Positions 40,528-51,892 of a stretch of DNA of 64,000 nt are shown here, one piece after another. The notes beneath the pieces were generated by a model. That model saw nothing but the letters and a program-made list of their open reading frames with translations, did no database searches and had not been told where the DNA came from. Every line of letters begins with the position of its first letter. Position 1 is the stretch's first letter. A program made the position numbers and the translations under genes. Source of the stretch: an uncultured Gemmatimonadales bacterium (GTDB lineage Bacteria; Gemmatimonadota; Gemmatimonadetes; Gemmatimonadales; GWC2-71-9); assembly GCA_963842945.1 (NCBI GenBank), contig CAWJIM010000016.1:160001-224000 (forward strand), written 5' to 3'.

Positions 40528-42626
40528 CTAGTCCCTGGGCAGCAGCGCCTTCCGGGACAGCTTCATCCGGCCCGCGCTCGTCCACCTCGAGCAGCTTGAC
40601 CTGGACGATGTCGCCCTTCTTGACCACGTCTTCGGTCTTCTCGGTGCGGCCGTGCTGCAGCTCGCTGATGTGCAGCAGACCTTCGACGCCCGGGCAGGAT
40701 CTCGACGAAGGCGCCGAAGGCGGTGGTGCTCTTGACCGGCCCCTCGTAGGTCCGGCCGACTTCGGGCTCGGTGGTGATGGCTGCGACCATGGCGCGCGCC
40801 TTCTCGCCGGCCTCGCCGCCGACCGCGGAGATGGTGACCATGCCGGTATCCTCGATGCTGATCTTGGCGCCGGTGGCGTCCTGGATCCCGCGGATCGTCT
40901 TGCCCTTGGGCCGATGACGTCGCCGATCTTGTCCGGCTTGATCTGCATGGTGATGATGCGCGGCGCGTACTGCGACAGATCGGTCGCGCGGCTGCGGCAG
41001 GGCCTTGTCCATCTCCTTCGAGGATGTGCAGCCGGCCCTTGCGCGCCTGCTCCAGCGCCTGCTCCATGATCTTGAGCTCGAGGCCCTCGATCTTGATGTC
41101 CATCTGGATCGAGGTGATGCCCTTCTCGGTGCCGGCCACCTTGAAGTCCATGTCGCCCAGGTGGTCCTCGGAGCCGAGGATGTCGGTCAGGATCGCGACC
41201 TTGTCGCCTTCCTTGATCAGGCCCATCGCCACGCCGGCGCAGGGCGCCTTCATCGGCACGCCGGCGTCCATCAGCGCCAGCGAGCCGCCGCAGACCGTGG
41301 CCATCGACGAGGAGCCGTTCGACTCGAGAATCTCGGAGACGACCCGCAGGGTGTAGGGAAAGTCCTCGTAGTGCGGCAGCAGCGGCTGCAGCGCCCGCTC
41401 GGCCAGCGCGCCGTGCCCGATCTCGCGGCGGCTGGTGCCGCGCATCATCTTCACTTCGCCGGTCGAGAACGGCGGGAAGTTGTAGTGCAGCATGAACGAC
41501 TTGGTGGTCTCGCCGGCCACGTCGATGCTGTCGATCCGCTGCTCGTCGTCGCTGGTGCCCAGCGTGACCGAGACCAGCGCCTGGGTCTGTCCCCGGGTGA
41601 AGAGCGCCGAGCCGTGGGTGCGCGGCAGAGCGCCCGGTCTCGATGGTGATCGGCCGGATGGTGTCGAGGTCGCGGCCGTCCACCCGCTCGCCCTTCTCCA
41701 GCACCTGCGACCGCATGACCCGGTACTCGATGTCCTCCAGCTCCGTCGGCGATGTCGCGGCCCTGCTCGGCGAACTCGGCGAGCGAGCTCGCCAGCGATC
41801 TGCTCCTTGCACCGCCTTCACCGCCGGTGGACCGGCCGGCCTTGTCCTTGGCGTTGATGGCCTGCGCCATCTGGCGTCTCGGCCAGCTGCGCGCACCGCG
41901 GCAATCAGGACCTGATCCGGCCTCGGCCTTGGTCCACGCGAGCTTCTTGGATCGGCCCGCCTTGTCGATCAGCTGCTTCTCCAGCCCGATGCAGCTCCCG
42001 GATGCCCTTCTGCGCCACCTTGAGCGCCTCGAGCATCTCGGCCTCGGAGACCTCGAGCGAGCCGCCCTCGACCATCACGATCGAGTCGGCCGAGCCGCTG
42101 ACCACAGGTCGATGGTGGAGAACTCCAGCTGCTGGAACGTGGGGTTCAGGATCCAGTTCCCCTCCACCCGGCCACCCGCACCCGGCGAGCGGGCCGTTCC
42201 AGGGCACCTCGAGAGGCTCAGCGCGGCCGAGGCGGCCACCACGCCGAGCACGTCGGCATCGTTCTCCTGGTCGGCCGAAAGCACGGTCACGAAGACCTGA
42301 ACCTCGTTCTTGAACCCCTCGGGAAACAGCGGCCGGATGGAGCGGTCGATCAGCCGGCTGGCCAGGATTTCCTTGTCGGAGGGCCGGCCTTCACGCTTGA
42401 GAAATCCGCCGGGAATCTTGCCCGCGGCGTAGGTCTTTTCGCGGTATTCGACCGTCAGGGGGAAGAACGGGAGGGTGGAGATGTTGGGGGAGACGGTTAC
42501 GGCGGCGAGAACCATGGTATCGCCAAAGCGGACGAGGGCGGAGCCGGCGGCCTGCCTGGCCATGCGGCCCGTCTCGATGATCAGGGGGCGTCCGGCGAAC
42601 TCGGTTTCGATCCGTTGAACGGTCAC
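40528..42626 (-). CDS. pnp: polyribonucleotide nucleotidyltransferase (frameshifted)
   Basis: [47 protein letters not shown] and S1 domains. Confidence 0.96.
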
Positions 42627-42662
42627 TGCTTTCTCTCTCTCTGTATGGCGTCTTTGCTGCTT

Positions 42663-42732
42663 AGTCGGGAGTCAGGATCGGGAGTCAGAAGCTTTTCCGT
42701 CGGTCGCGACTCCGACTCCCAGCTCCTGACTC
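42663..42732. repeat. heptamer (GGGAGTC) tandem array with inverted arm
   Basis: agtcgggagtcaggatcgggagtcag ... cgactccgactcccagctcctgactc. Confidence 0.7.
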
Positions 42733-42733
42733 G

Positions 42734-42772
42734 AAACAGAGAGGGCGTCCCGATGCTCGATCAGGACGCCCC
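42734..42772 (-). terminator. intrinsic terminator after rpsO
   Basis: gggcgtcc...ggacgccc stem followed on the - strand by tctctgttt. Confidence 0.6.
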
Positions 42773-42788
42773 CGGTCGTCACGCAGGC

Positions 42789-43048
42789 TTAGTGCCGGAG
42801 ACCAAGCTGCTCGATGAGCGCTCGGTAGGTCGGCAGATCACTTCGCTTGAGGTACGTCAGCAGCCGGCGGCGGGTACCCACCATCTTGAGCAGACCGCGG
42901 CGGCTGTGATGATCCTTAGGTGGGTGCGGAAGTGATCGGTGAGGGAGTTGATCCGCTCGGTCAGCAGCGCCACCTGCACCTTGGCCGAGCCGGTGTCGGT
43001 GGGATGCGCCTGGTGCTTGGCCACCACTGCCTGCTTGTCGAAGCTCAT
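42789..43048 (-). CDS. rpsO: 30S ribosomal protein S15 (one indel near 42917)
   Basis: [27 protein letters not shown]. Confidence 0.96.
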
Positions 43049-43197
43049 GCCTCGGGTCCTCTGAACAGATGTCTCGCGTCGTAATCCGTTGTAGCACGGG
43101 AAAATAAGCCGGGGTGGCAGCGTCCAGGCAACCCCTGATCGGCCCGACCTTGCCCTTGCTCCCAGTCCCTCCAGGGCATGCACTTTAGTCGCCCAGC

Positions 43198-43772
43198 ATG
43201 ACCACGCCACTTCCGAGGACCAGTCTCGCGGCATTGTCCGGGTGGGACCCTTTGCCGGCTTCTACCAGCGGTTCGAGGAGCTGATCGCCACCTCCAGCCA
43301 AATGGCGCTCTACTTCATCCACTCGCGCCGCTGGCGGGAGAATCACTCGGCCGCAATCAAGACCTTTCTCGCCCGCAGGAAACGACGATGGAAATCTTCC
43401 TGCCCGATCTGGAGAACCATGAGCTCATGTTCTCGCTCTCCCGCCGCTTCGAGGACGGGCCGCTGACTCCCACCCTGGTGATGGATGCCTACCGGTACTG
43501 CTACCGGCTGGCGCGGGAATACGGGAAGCCTGCGGAGATCTGGCTCTTCAGCCGCTATCCCGCGTATTCGTTCTACCAGTTCGACCAGCAGCGCGGTGAT
43601 CGCGCTCTACTCCAACACCGCAGCCAAGAAAGACATTCCCGCCTTCGAGGTGAGCACGGAAGGATTGTTGGGCAGGTTCCTGGCCAGCGATATCGAGGAT
43701 CTCAAACGGGAATGCCGGCAGCGCACTCCTGAGCAGCTGGAGTCGGTGATCACCAGCGTCAGCGAGCCTTAG
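43198..43772 (+). CDS. hypothetical protein, possibly DUF5919-like (frameshifted)
   Basis: Three overlapping ORF pieces join into ~190 aa; PAYSFYQFD..VIALYS pattern; divergent from rpsO. Confidence 0.55.
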
Positions 43773-43776
43773 AACG

Positions 43777-45146
43777 CTACCCGCCGAACAGCCGCCTGAA
43801 GTCGTTGGAGAAGGCCAGGCCCATCAGCAGGATGATGAGCACCAGGCCTACTGTCGTGAGGCGTTCCCGCAGCTTGACCGGCAACGGCCGGCGAATCACC
43901 GCCTCCGCCAGCAGGAACAGGAACTGTCCTCCGTCCAGTACCGGTACCGGAAGCAGATTCAAAATGGCGAGATTGATCGAGATCAGGGCCATGAAGCCGA
44001 AGAACGCGTCCATACCCATCCGGGCGCTCTGGCCGGCAAGCTGCCCGATCAGAATAGGCCCGCCCACGTTTCGCCCCGATATTCTGCCGCTGAAGAGTCC
44101 CCGTACTGTACGCAGAACTTGGGTGGAGGCCCCGGCGGTCGCTCGCCCTCCCTCCCTGATAGCCTGAGCCAAATCGAGCTTCTCGGAGACGAAGTCGTTC
44201 CCGACCGCGATCCCGATGCGCCCAATTGCCTTGGGTTTGCCATCGAGCCCGGGCACTGTGTCGGTATAGGGCCGCATCCGAACTTCCTGCCGTTCTCCGT
44301 TCCGCGACACGGTTATGGCCAGTGTCTGACCGGCGCCTGACTGCTGCACCACCTCCAGCAGGTCGTACCACTGCCCGACCTGCCGGCCGTTCACCGCAAC
44401 AACCGAATCTCCCTTCCGAATGCCCGCTCGCGCGGCGGGCTTGTCCGGCAGCACCTCATCCGATGACCGGGAGCCCGAAATGGCTGCAGCGCATGGGCGG
44501 CCCTCAGCCGGTCCTCCAGGGCGTCAGGATGGATCGGGAGAACCACGGTCTGCCCCCGATCCAGATCGATCCGGACTTCGGGCGCCGAGGCGTTGGCGAT
44601 CCCGTCCACGATCTCGTCCCAGGACGTGACGGTGTCACCATTGACCCGAGTGATCTTCGACCCGGGAGAAATCTGCGTCAGCGCGGCGGCGTCCTGAGGG
44701 AGCCCCTCGGTGAGGACGCGTCCGACGGTAGTGACCGGATCGATCTGCCGGCCGTTCTTGTACGCCAGAAACGAGAACATAGCCCAGGCAAAGAGCGCGT
44801 TCATGGTGACCCCGGCGAGAATCACCACCATCCGCTGCCACATCGGCTTCGCCTCGAACACCCGATTGGGCGGCACCATCGCGGTGGGCGCGCCACCTTC
44901 GAGCGCACTGCTGCCGAGGTCCTCCTCCCTGCTCGCCATCTTCACATAGCCGCCGAGGGGCAGCCAGGAGATCGAATACTCGGTCTCACCTCGCCGGAAG
45001 GTGAGCCACGGGATGGGGGGACCCAGACCGAGGGAGAAGCGGTGCACGTAAATCCCGGCCCATTTGGCGGCGAGGAAGTGTCCTGCTTCGTGCACGAACA
45101 CGAGGACACCGAGGACGACGATCAACGACAGTACGGTGATCAGCAT
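43777..45146 (-). CDS. rseP: RIP metalloprotease RseP (indel near 44460)
   Basis: HEAGH, PLGGYVKM, two PDZ-like segments, NLLPVPVLDGG. Confidence 0.95.
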
Positions 45147-46281
45147 CAGCCTCTACTCTCCGGCGAGCCGTCGCACGGGCCCAGCGATCGGCGGCCTTCA
45201 CCGCCTCCACCGAGGTTGCCGGTCCCGGCTGATGGGCCTCCAGCGTCATCTCGATGGTCTCGCTGATCCGGCCGAAGGGAATGGCGCCCTCGAGAAAGGC
45301 AGCAACCGCAACCTCGTTGGCTGCGTTGAAAACGGCCGGAGCGGTACCGCCGGCCCGGCCCGCGGAAATCCCGCACTGCAGAGCTCGGAACACCTCCGTA
45401 CGCACCGGCTCGAACGTGAGCGGCCCCGCCGCGATGGGATCGAACCGGCGAACCCCGGAGTCGGGCAGCCGTTCAGGATGGGTCAGCGCGTACAGAATCG
45501 GCAGCTCCATGGAGGGAAATCCCAGCTGAGCCAGAACACTGCCGTCACAGAACTCGGTGAAGGCATGCACCACGCTCTGGGGATGTACCACCACGTCCAG
45601 CGCATCATAGGGCAAGCCGAACAAATAGTGTGCCTCGATCAGCTCGAGCGCCTTGTTGGCCAGAGTAGCACAGTCCACTGTGATTTTGGTGCCCATCCGC
45701 CAGGTCGGATGCTGCAGTGCTTCCTCCACGGTAGCATGCCACAGCCGCTCCGGCTCCCATCCCCGGAAGGGACCGCCTGATGCAGTCAGGATCAGTCGTG
45801 CAAGACCGTTGTCCCGCCCGGTAACGCACTGCAGCACCGCGCTGTGCTCCGAGTCGATCGGGACGATCTCGCCGCCCCCGGCACAGGCGGCCTGCGCCAC
45901 CAGATCTCCGGCCATCACCAGCGTTTCTTTGTTGGCCAGCGCCACCCGCTTGCCGGCCTGAAGCGCGGCGAGCGTAGCCTCGAGACCGGCGGCCCCAACG
46001 ACCGCGTTCACCACGATATCGGCATCCGGGTGGGTTGCGGCCTCGATCAGCACGTCCGGCCCCGTAGGCCAGCGCGAATCGCTACTCACTCCCGCAAGGG
46101 CAGCGTACGATGGTTGCCACTCCGAGACCTGCGCCTCCAGCTTTGCCCGGTTCCGTCCGGCGGTGAGCGCCACCAGCCGGAAGTGCTCCTGCTGCCGCCG
46201 GAGCACATCCAGGGTGCTGTGACCAATTGACCCGGTCGAGCCCAGGAGAGCCACACCTCGCTGGGTGCGAGTCACGGTCAT
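45146..46281 (-). CDS. dxr: 1-deoxy-D-xylulose-5-phosphate reductoisomerase
   Basis: LGSTGSIG, LANKE, PIDSEH, HPTWRMG, NAANE; probable indel just before the stop. Confidence 0.95.
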
Positions 46282-47153
46282 CAGATCACCCCAAAGGCGC
46301 GGTACATTGCCGCCGCCGTGGGAATGACGAAATAGAGAGAATCGAATCGGTCCAACACGCCCCCGTGTCCGGGAATAAGGTGACTCGAATCCTTGACGCC
46401 TGCCTCTCGTTTGAACAGTGACTCGGCGAGGTCTCCGACCTGACCAATCACCGACAGCACGCCCGCGATGGCGACCAGCTGCCAAAGTGGAATGTCCAGA
46501 CCCACTCGGGGAAAAATCAGGAGACCGAACACCGGGGCCATCAGTATGCCCCCGAGCACGCCCGCGCTACTTCCCGAGATGGTTTTCCCCGGACTGACCG
46601 CCGGCGCAAGCTTGGGACCACCTATAGTGCGGCCGCCGAACATGGCCGCCGTGTCACATACCCAGGTGACAACCAGCGGGAAGAATACCAGCCAGGCCCC
46701 GGACCAGGACTTCAGCGCGAAGCTGGTGTGTCGAATGGCCAGGAGGAAGGCGGGGAGTGCTCCGGTGTATGCCACTGCCAGGAAGGTAATGCTGGCCGCG
46801 GACAATGGCCGTTCACTGGGCGCCCGGGCCGCGAGCACCCAGCTGAGGAGGAGCAGCAGCCAGAGGGCAGCGAGATACGGCCACCACAGTCCTACCCACC
46901 GCCGCACATCGGCGGTCGCGATGACTCCATACACCAGTAGCGGGAGCGCCGCGGCACTCAGCAACGCGAGCGGCCTCACCGGGCGCACGTTTCCGCGGTT
47001 GGCCAGATCAAGCAGCTCACCCGCGCCGAGCGCCCCCACGACGGCCAACACGAATGCCAGCGGGGCTCCGCCGTACCAGATGAGGGCCAGGGCCAGGGGA
47101 ATTGCGAACACCGCAAATCCGACCCGCCGGACCAGATTGGCATCCATGCTCAT
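46281..47153 (-). CDS. cdsA: phosphatidate cytidylyltransferase
   Basis: SPGKT, GDLAESLFKR..GVKDS..IPGHGGVLDRFDS. Confidence 0.94.
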   Translation of the reverse strand: MSMDANLVRRVGFAVFAIPLALALIWYGGAPLAFVLAVVGALGAGELLDLANRGNVRPVRPLALLSAAALPLLVYGVIATADVRRWVGLWWPYLAALWLLLLLSWVLAARAPSERPLSAASITFLAVAYTGALPAFLLAIRHTSFALKSWSGAWLVFFPLVVTWVCDTAAMFGGRTIGGPKLAPAVSPGKTISGSSAGVLGGILMAPVFGLLIFPRVGLDIPLWQLVAIAGVLSVIGQVGDLAESLFKREAGVKDSSHLIPGHGGVLDRFDSLYFVIPTAAAMYRAFGVI

Positions 47154-47893
47154 CCGGCTTCGACGCGGCCAAACCGCCGTTCGCGCCGCTGAAACTCCAG
47201 AATGGCTTCGAAGAGGTGCCGCCGGGTGAAGTCCGGCCAGAGCACGGGGGTGACGTACAGCTCGGCATAGGCGAGCTGCCAGAGGAGAAAATTGGAGATC
47301 CGCATCTCGCCCGAGGTCCGGATCAGCAGATCGGGATCGGGCCACGGAGCGGTATAGAGCATCCGGCCAACTGCCTCTTCGTCGATGTCGGCAGGGTCGA
47401 GATTCCCTGCGGCCACTTCCTGAGCCAACATCCGGGCCGCTCGGGCGATCTCGGCCCGAGCGCTGTAGGAGATGCAGAGGTTCAGCGCGAGCGAGCTACC
47501 CCCGGCCGTTTCCGCAATGACGCGATCGACCGCACGGCGGGCCCCCTCTCCCAGCTGGTCCAGGTGGCCCAGCACCCGGACCGACACTCCCTGTTCGCGA
47601 AGCTCGTTGGCCTCTCGGGCGATGTATTCCTCCAGTAGCTTCATCAGCGCTTCGATCTCTCCGGCCGGGCGCTTCCAGTTCTCCTGGCTGAAGGCGAAGA
47701 GCGTGAGCACGCCGACGCCGGCCTGGAGACAGCCTTCGACCACCTCCCGGACCGCCTTCATCCCGGCGTGATGGCCCAGCGGACGAGGCAAGGAGCGTCC
47801 CTTGGCCCAGCGACCATTGCCATCCATGATGATGGCGATGTGGCCCGGAACCGCACCGTGAACCCGCAGCCGCTGCAGCAAATCGTTGCTCAT
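47150..47893 (-). CDS. uppS: undecaprenyl diphosphate synthase
   Basis: HIAIIMDGNGRWA, FSQENW, DLLIRTSGEMRISNFLLWQ. Confidence 0.96.
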   Translation of the reverse strand: MSNDLLQRLRVHGAVPGHIAIIMDGNGRWAKGRSLPRPLGHHAGMKAVREVVEGCLQAGVGVLTLFAFSQENWKRPAGEIEALMKLLEEYIAREANELREQGVSVRVLGHLDQLGEGARRAVDRVIAETAGGSSLALNLCISYSARAEIARAARMLAQEVAAGNLDPADIDEEAVGRMLYTAPWPDPDLLIRTSGEMRISNFLLWQLAYAELYVTPVLWPDFTRRHLFEAILEFQRRERRFGRVEAG

Positions 47894-47897
47894 CCGC

Positions 47898-48452
47898 TCA
47901 GACTTCCAGGATCTCCGCTTCCTTGGAATGAATCAGCCCATCGATCTGCTTGATGTGCTCGTCGGTCAATTTCTGGATCTCCTTTTCAGCGTGCCGCTTG
48001 TCGTCCTCGGAGATTTTCTCGAGCTTCTTGATTCGGGACAGCGTGTCGGTCCGGGCATGCCGCACCGCAATGCGCCCTTCCTCCCCCAGTTTGTGCACCA
48101 CTTTCACCAGATCTCTGCGGCGTTCCTCCGATAAGGCAGGAAGCGGCACCCGGATCAGATTGCCCTGGGTCGCTGGATTGAGCCCCAGATCGGAGTCGCG
48201 GATGGCCTTCTCGATGGCGCCCGACAGGGACTTGTCGAAGGGCTGGACCGTCAGCAGCCGGGGCTCGGGAGCATTGATCATGGCCACCTGATTGAGGGGC
48301 ACATGGCTCCCGTAGGCTTCCACCCTCACGATGTCGAGCAGCGAGGTGCTGGCCTTCCCGCTTCGGATGGAAGTGAACTCCCGCTTGGTGCTTTCGACCG
48401 CCTTGTGCATGAGCTCGCGGCCATGCTTGGTGAGTTCCGGAATTGTGCTCAT
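47898..48452 (-). CDS. frr: ribosome recycling factor
   Basis: [23 protein letters not shown]. Confidence 0.96.
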   Translation of the reverse strand: MSTIPELTKHGRELMHKAVESTKREFTSIRSGKASTSLLDIVRVEAYGSHVPLNQVAMINAPEPRLLTVQPFDKSLSGAIEKAIRDSDLGLNPATQGNLIRVPLPALSEERRRDLVKVVHKLGEEGRIAVRHARTDTLSRIKKLEKISEDDKRHAEKEIQKLTDEHIKQIDGLIHSKEAEILEV

Positions 48453-49159
48453 CGCACGATCGTCCCCACGCGCTCGCCCTGAAGCACCCGTGTGATGGCG
48501 CCGGGCTGATTGATATTGAAGACAATGATGGGCAGCTGGTTGGCTTTACACAGACCGAACGCGTTCGCGTCCATGACCGCGTAGTTCTTCACGATGGCTT
48601 CCTGAAAGGTGAGCTCGGGAATGAACGTGGCTGAGGGATCTTTTCGTGGATCACCGGTATAGATGCCGTCCACGTTGGTAGCCTTCAGGATCACCTGGGC
48701 CTCGATCTCCAGAGCCCGTAGGACCCCGGCGGTGTCGGTGGAGAAAAACGGGTTGCCGGTACCCGCGGCAAAGATGATCAGCCGCCCCTTCTCCAGGTGT
48801 CGGACGGCTCGCCGGCGAATGTAGGGCTCGGCCACCGACTCCATGCGTATGGCCGTCATGACCCGGGTATCCACCCCTATCTTTTCCAGCACGTCCTGCA
48901 GCGCCAGCGCGTTGATGACCGTGCCGAGCATTCCCATGTAATCGGCAGAGACCCGGTCCAGTCCCTCACGGCTGGCAACCGTGCCCCGGATGATGTTGCC
49001 CCCGCCTACCACCAGAGACAGGTGCACGCCCATGGCGTGTACCGCTTTGATTTCCTCCGCGAAGGCCTCGACCATATGGTAGTCGAGGCCAAAGCCCTTA
49101 TCGCCGGCCAGCGCCTCGCCCGAGATCTTGAGCAGGGCGCGGGTGTAGGCGAGGGCCAT
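48449..49159 (-). CDS. pyrH: UMP kinase
   Basis: [29 protein letters not shown]. Confidence 0.96.
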   Translation of the reverse strand: MALAYTRALLKISGEALAGDKGFGLDYHMVEAFAEEIKAVHAMGVHLSLVVGGGNIIRGTVASREGLDRVSADYMGMLGTVINALALQDVLEKIGVDTRVMTAIRMESVAEPYIRRRAVRHLEKGRLIIFAAGTGNPFFSTDTAGVLRALEIEAQVILKATNVDGIYTGDPRKDPSATFIPELTFQEAIVKNYAVMDANAFGLCKANQLPIIVFNINQPGAITRVLQGERVGTIVR

Positions 49160-49765
49160 CAAGCTTCTCCGATTTTGAACCGGGCAAAACGCCGGACCGA
49201 GATCACCTCGCCCAGTTTGCCCGAAGCCTCCTTGATGAGCTGGCCGACGGTCTTCTTGTCGTCGCGCACGAACGGCTGCTCCGTCAGTGTGCGCTCGGCC
49301 ACGAATTTCTTCAGCTTGCCTTCCACGATCTTGCTCCGGATGTTCTCCGGCTTGCCTTCCTGCGCCACCTGCTCTTCGGCAATCCGGCGCTCCCGCTCGA
49401 GCAGGTCGGCCGGTACGTCCTCCGGGTTCACCGCGATCGGATCGGCGGAGGCCACGTGCAGCGCGATGTCACGGGCAAGCTGCTGGAAATCCTCGGTACG
49501 AGCAACGAAATCGGTCTCGCAGTTGAGCTCCACCAGCGAGCCCACCTGCCCGTTGTGATGCAGGTAGCTCACCACCAAACCCTGCGACGCCACCTTCCCG
49601 GCCCGCTTTTCGGCCTTGGCGATTCCCTTCTTCCGGAGAATCTCCGAGGCCTTGTCCATGTCGCCAGCGGACTCCTCCAGGGCGCGTTTGCAATCCATCA
49701 TACCGGCGCCGGTGCGCAGCGCGAAGCTCGCTGACGTCCTTCGGCGAAATTGTCGTGCTAGCCAT
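49159..49765 (-). CDS. tsf: elongation factor Ts, short (~200 aa) form (indel near 49718)
   Basis: [41 protein letters not shown]. Confidence 0.95.
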
Positions 49766-49864
49766 AGTCTCCAACCAGGGGTTCACGCTGGGGTGAATAG
49801 TCAAGCCGCCGCTCGTGCCCGGCAGGCTGAGCGGCGGCAGACTGCCTGCGGGGCCGTTGTCTGC

Positions 49865-50764
49865 TTACGCGCCCGTGTCGCTCACGGCACCGGGAGCCGC
49901 AGCTTCCGCCACTGCCTCGGTGTCGGCGTCGGTCTTGAGCCGGGCCGCAATGGCCTCCGGCTTGGGCCGGCGCTTGCGGCGGGGACGGCGGCGCTTGCGA
50001 TCGGCATCGGCGTCGCCCTCACTGCCGGCGTCCGTGCTGTAGGTCTCCGCCTCGAGATCCTCGGTGACCTCCCGCATCGGCATCTGAGACCGGGCCTCCT
50101 TGATCACATCGGCCAGGGCCGCGGTAATCAGAGAGACCGACCGGATGGCGTCATCGTTGCCGGGGACCGGCACGGTGATCACGTCGGGGTCGGCGTTGGT
50201 GTCCACGATGGCGACCACCGGTATGCCCAGCTTGTTCGCCTCGGCGACCGCGATTTTCTCCTTCTTGGCATCGACCACGAACAACGCGCCGGGCAGACGC
50301 CCCATGCCCTTAATGCCTTCGAGGTTGCGGCTCAGCTTCACCCGCTCACGCTCGAACAGCAGCTTTTCCTTCTTGGTGTAGTTCTCGAAATCGCCTTCGG
50401 CCGCGCCCTGCTCCAGCTCCCGCAGCCGCCGAATCTGCTTCTTGAGAGTCTGGAAGTTGGTGAGCATTCCACCCAGCCAGCGCTCGGTCACGTAGAAGGC
50501 CCCGCAGGTCTGCGCCTCGGCCTGGACGATGGCCTTGAGCTGCTTTTTGGTGCAGACGAAGAGTACGCCATCGCCCTTGAGGACGACGCTCCGAAGTAGC
50601 TCCTGCGCCTTGGCGATCTGGCGGAGCGTTTTCTGGAGATCGATGATGTAGATGCCGGAACGTTCGGCGAAGATGAAGCGGCGCATTTTCGGGTTCCACC
50701 GGCGAGTCTGGTGACCGAAATGCACCCCAGCTTCGAGCAGGTCCTGCAATTGGGGCTGTGCCAT
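49865..50764 (-). CDS. rpsB: 30S ribosomal protein S2
   Basis: LLEAGVHFGHQTRRWNPKM, RWLGGMLTN, PGNDDA. Confidence 0.97.
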   Translation of the reverse strand: MAQPQLQDLLEAGVHFGHQTRRWNPKMRRFIFAERSGIYIIDLQKTLRQIAKAQELLRSVVLKGDGVLFVCTKKQLKAIVQAEAQTCGAFYVTERWLGGMLTNFQTLKKQIRRLRELEQGAAEGDFENYTKKEKLLFERERVKLSRNLEGIKGMGRLPGALFVVDAKKEKIAVAEANKLGIPVVAIVDTNADPDVITVPVPGNDDAIRSVSLITAALADVIKEARSQMPMREVTEDLEAETYSTDAGSEGDADADRKRRRPRRKRRPKPEAIAARLKTDADTEAVAEAAAPGAVSDTGA

Positions 50765-50785
50765 GCTGTACTGATTTCCCGTCCG

Positions 50786-50870
50786 TGTTGGGGTTAGGCG
50801 TCCACCGCGTTCATCTCCGGCTGAGACCCCCGCAGGGGCACCCGCAGCCGAATCCCGCGATGTGCGGTAT
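50786..50870 (-). ncRNA. t44 / rpsB leader (S2 autoregulatory element)
   Basis: Upstream of rpsB; GGGTGCCCC ... GTGGACGCCTAACCCC resembles the conserved t44 motifs. Confidence 0.7.
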
Positions 50871-50872
50871 TA

Positions 50873-50957
50873 GCGGGGCAGAGAGGCCGCGGGGCAGTTC
50901 GGCAGTTCGTTTCGGGACGATGGCACCGCCCCGCTGCCCCGCTGCAACCTGCCCCGC
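50873..50957. repeat. octamer (GCGGGGCA) tandem array with inverted arm
   Basis: gcggggca-gagaggcc-gcggggca-gttcggca ... cgccccgc-tgccccgc-tgcaacc-tgccccgc. Confidence 0.7.
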
Positions 50958-50963
50958 TTTAGA

Positions 50964-51365
50964 CTAGCGCTTGCTGAACTGGAACCGCTTCCGCGCTCCG
51001 GGCCGTCCCGGCTTCTTTCGCTCGACAGCTCGGGGATCGCGGGTCATCAGGCCGGCAGCCCGAAGCTTGGTCCGGTGCTGCCCATCGGCCTCCACCAGCG
51101 CGCGGGCGATGGCGTGGCGCAGAGCGCCGGCCTGCCCAGCCTGTCCGCCCCCGTTCACGTGCGCCTTCACGTCAAAGGCACCGAGAGTATCGGTGGCGGT
51201 GAAGGATTGCTGGATGTGTTGCACCAGCGACGGCCGCGGGAAATAATCGCCCAGCGTGCGTCCGTTGATGTCCCACTTGCCGGTGCCCGGCGTGAGATAC
51301 ACCCGGGCAACGCTGGTCTTGCGCCGGCCCACCGCCTGCCAGCGAAACTGGGGTGTTGCGGTCAT
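50964..51365 (-). CDS. rpsI: 30S ribosomal protein S9
   Basis: GRRKTSVARV, GGGQAGQAGA, RKRFQFSKR. Confidence 0.97.
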   Translation of the reverse strand: MTATPQFRWQAVGRRKTSVARVYLTPGTGKWDINGRTLGDYFPRPSLVQHIQQSFTATDTLGAFDVKAHVNGGGQAGQAGALRHAIARALVEADGQHRTKLRAAGLMTRDPRAVERKKPGRPGARKRFQFSKR

Positions 51366-51814
51366 GCGGTTGCCTTCGACGGAGTAACGGTGAACGGCTT
51401 GGGCTGTTGCGCCGCGTGCGGGTGCTCCGGCCCGGCGTACACCTTGAGCTTGCCCCGAAGCTTCTGCTTGGCCAGCGACGTCTTGGGCAGCATGCCGTAG
51501 ACCGCCTTTTCGATGACTCGCTCGGGATGCTTGGCCAGAAGATCGCGCGCCTGGGTGAAGCGCTCGTGACCCATATATCCCGTGTGAGCGAAATACACTT
51601 TGTTGGTCAGCTTGCGCCCGGTCAGCCGGACCTTGGCTGCGTTGACGACGACCACGAAGTCGCCACCATCCATGTGCGGCGTGTAGGTCGGCTTATGCTT
51701 CCCGCGAATCAGCTGAGCGATGTTGCTCGCGAGGCGGCCAAGCGGCACGCCGGCCGCGTCCACGATGTGCCACTCATGACTGATGTCCGCTGGTGTGGCG
51801 GTAAAGGTCTTCAT
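51362..51814 (-). CDS. rplM: 50S ribosomal protein L13
   Basis: LGRLAS, GKHKPTYTPH, GMLPK, HPHAAQQP. Confidence 0.97.
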   Translation of the reverse strand: MKTFTATPADISHEWHIVDAAGVPLGRLASNIAQLIRGKHKPTYTPHMDGGDFVVVVNAAKVRLTGRKLTNKVYFAHTGYMGHERFTQARDLLAKHPERVIEKAVYGMLPKTSLAKQKLRGKLKVYAGPEHPHAAQQPKPFTVTPSKATA

Positions 51815-51862
51815 GAATTCCGCGCCTTGGGCTCGAACAGGTCCAAACCAAAACAGACCCCG

Positions 51863-51892
51863 AAGATAGCTGGCCTATCGCAATCGGGTCAA
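51863..51892 (-). promoter_or_regulatory. sigma70-type promoter of rplM-rpsI
   Basis: TTGACC-18nt-TATCTT, overlapping the upstream stop codon. Confidence 0.6.
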
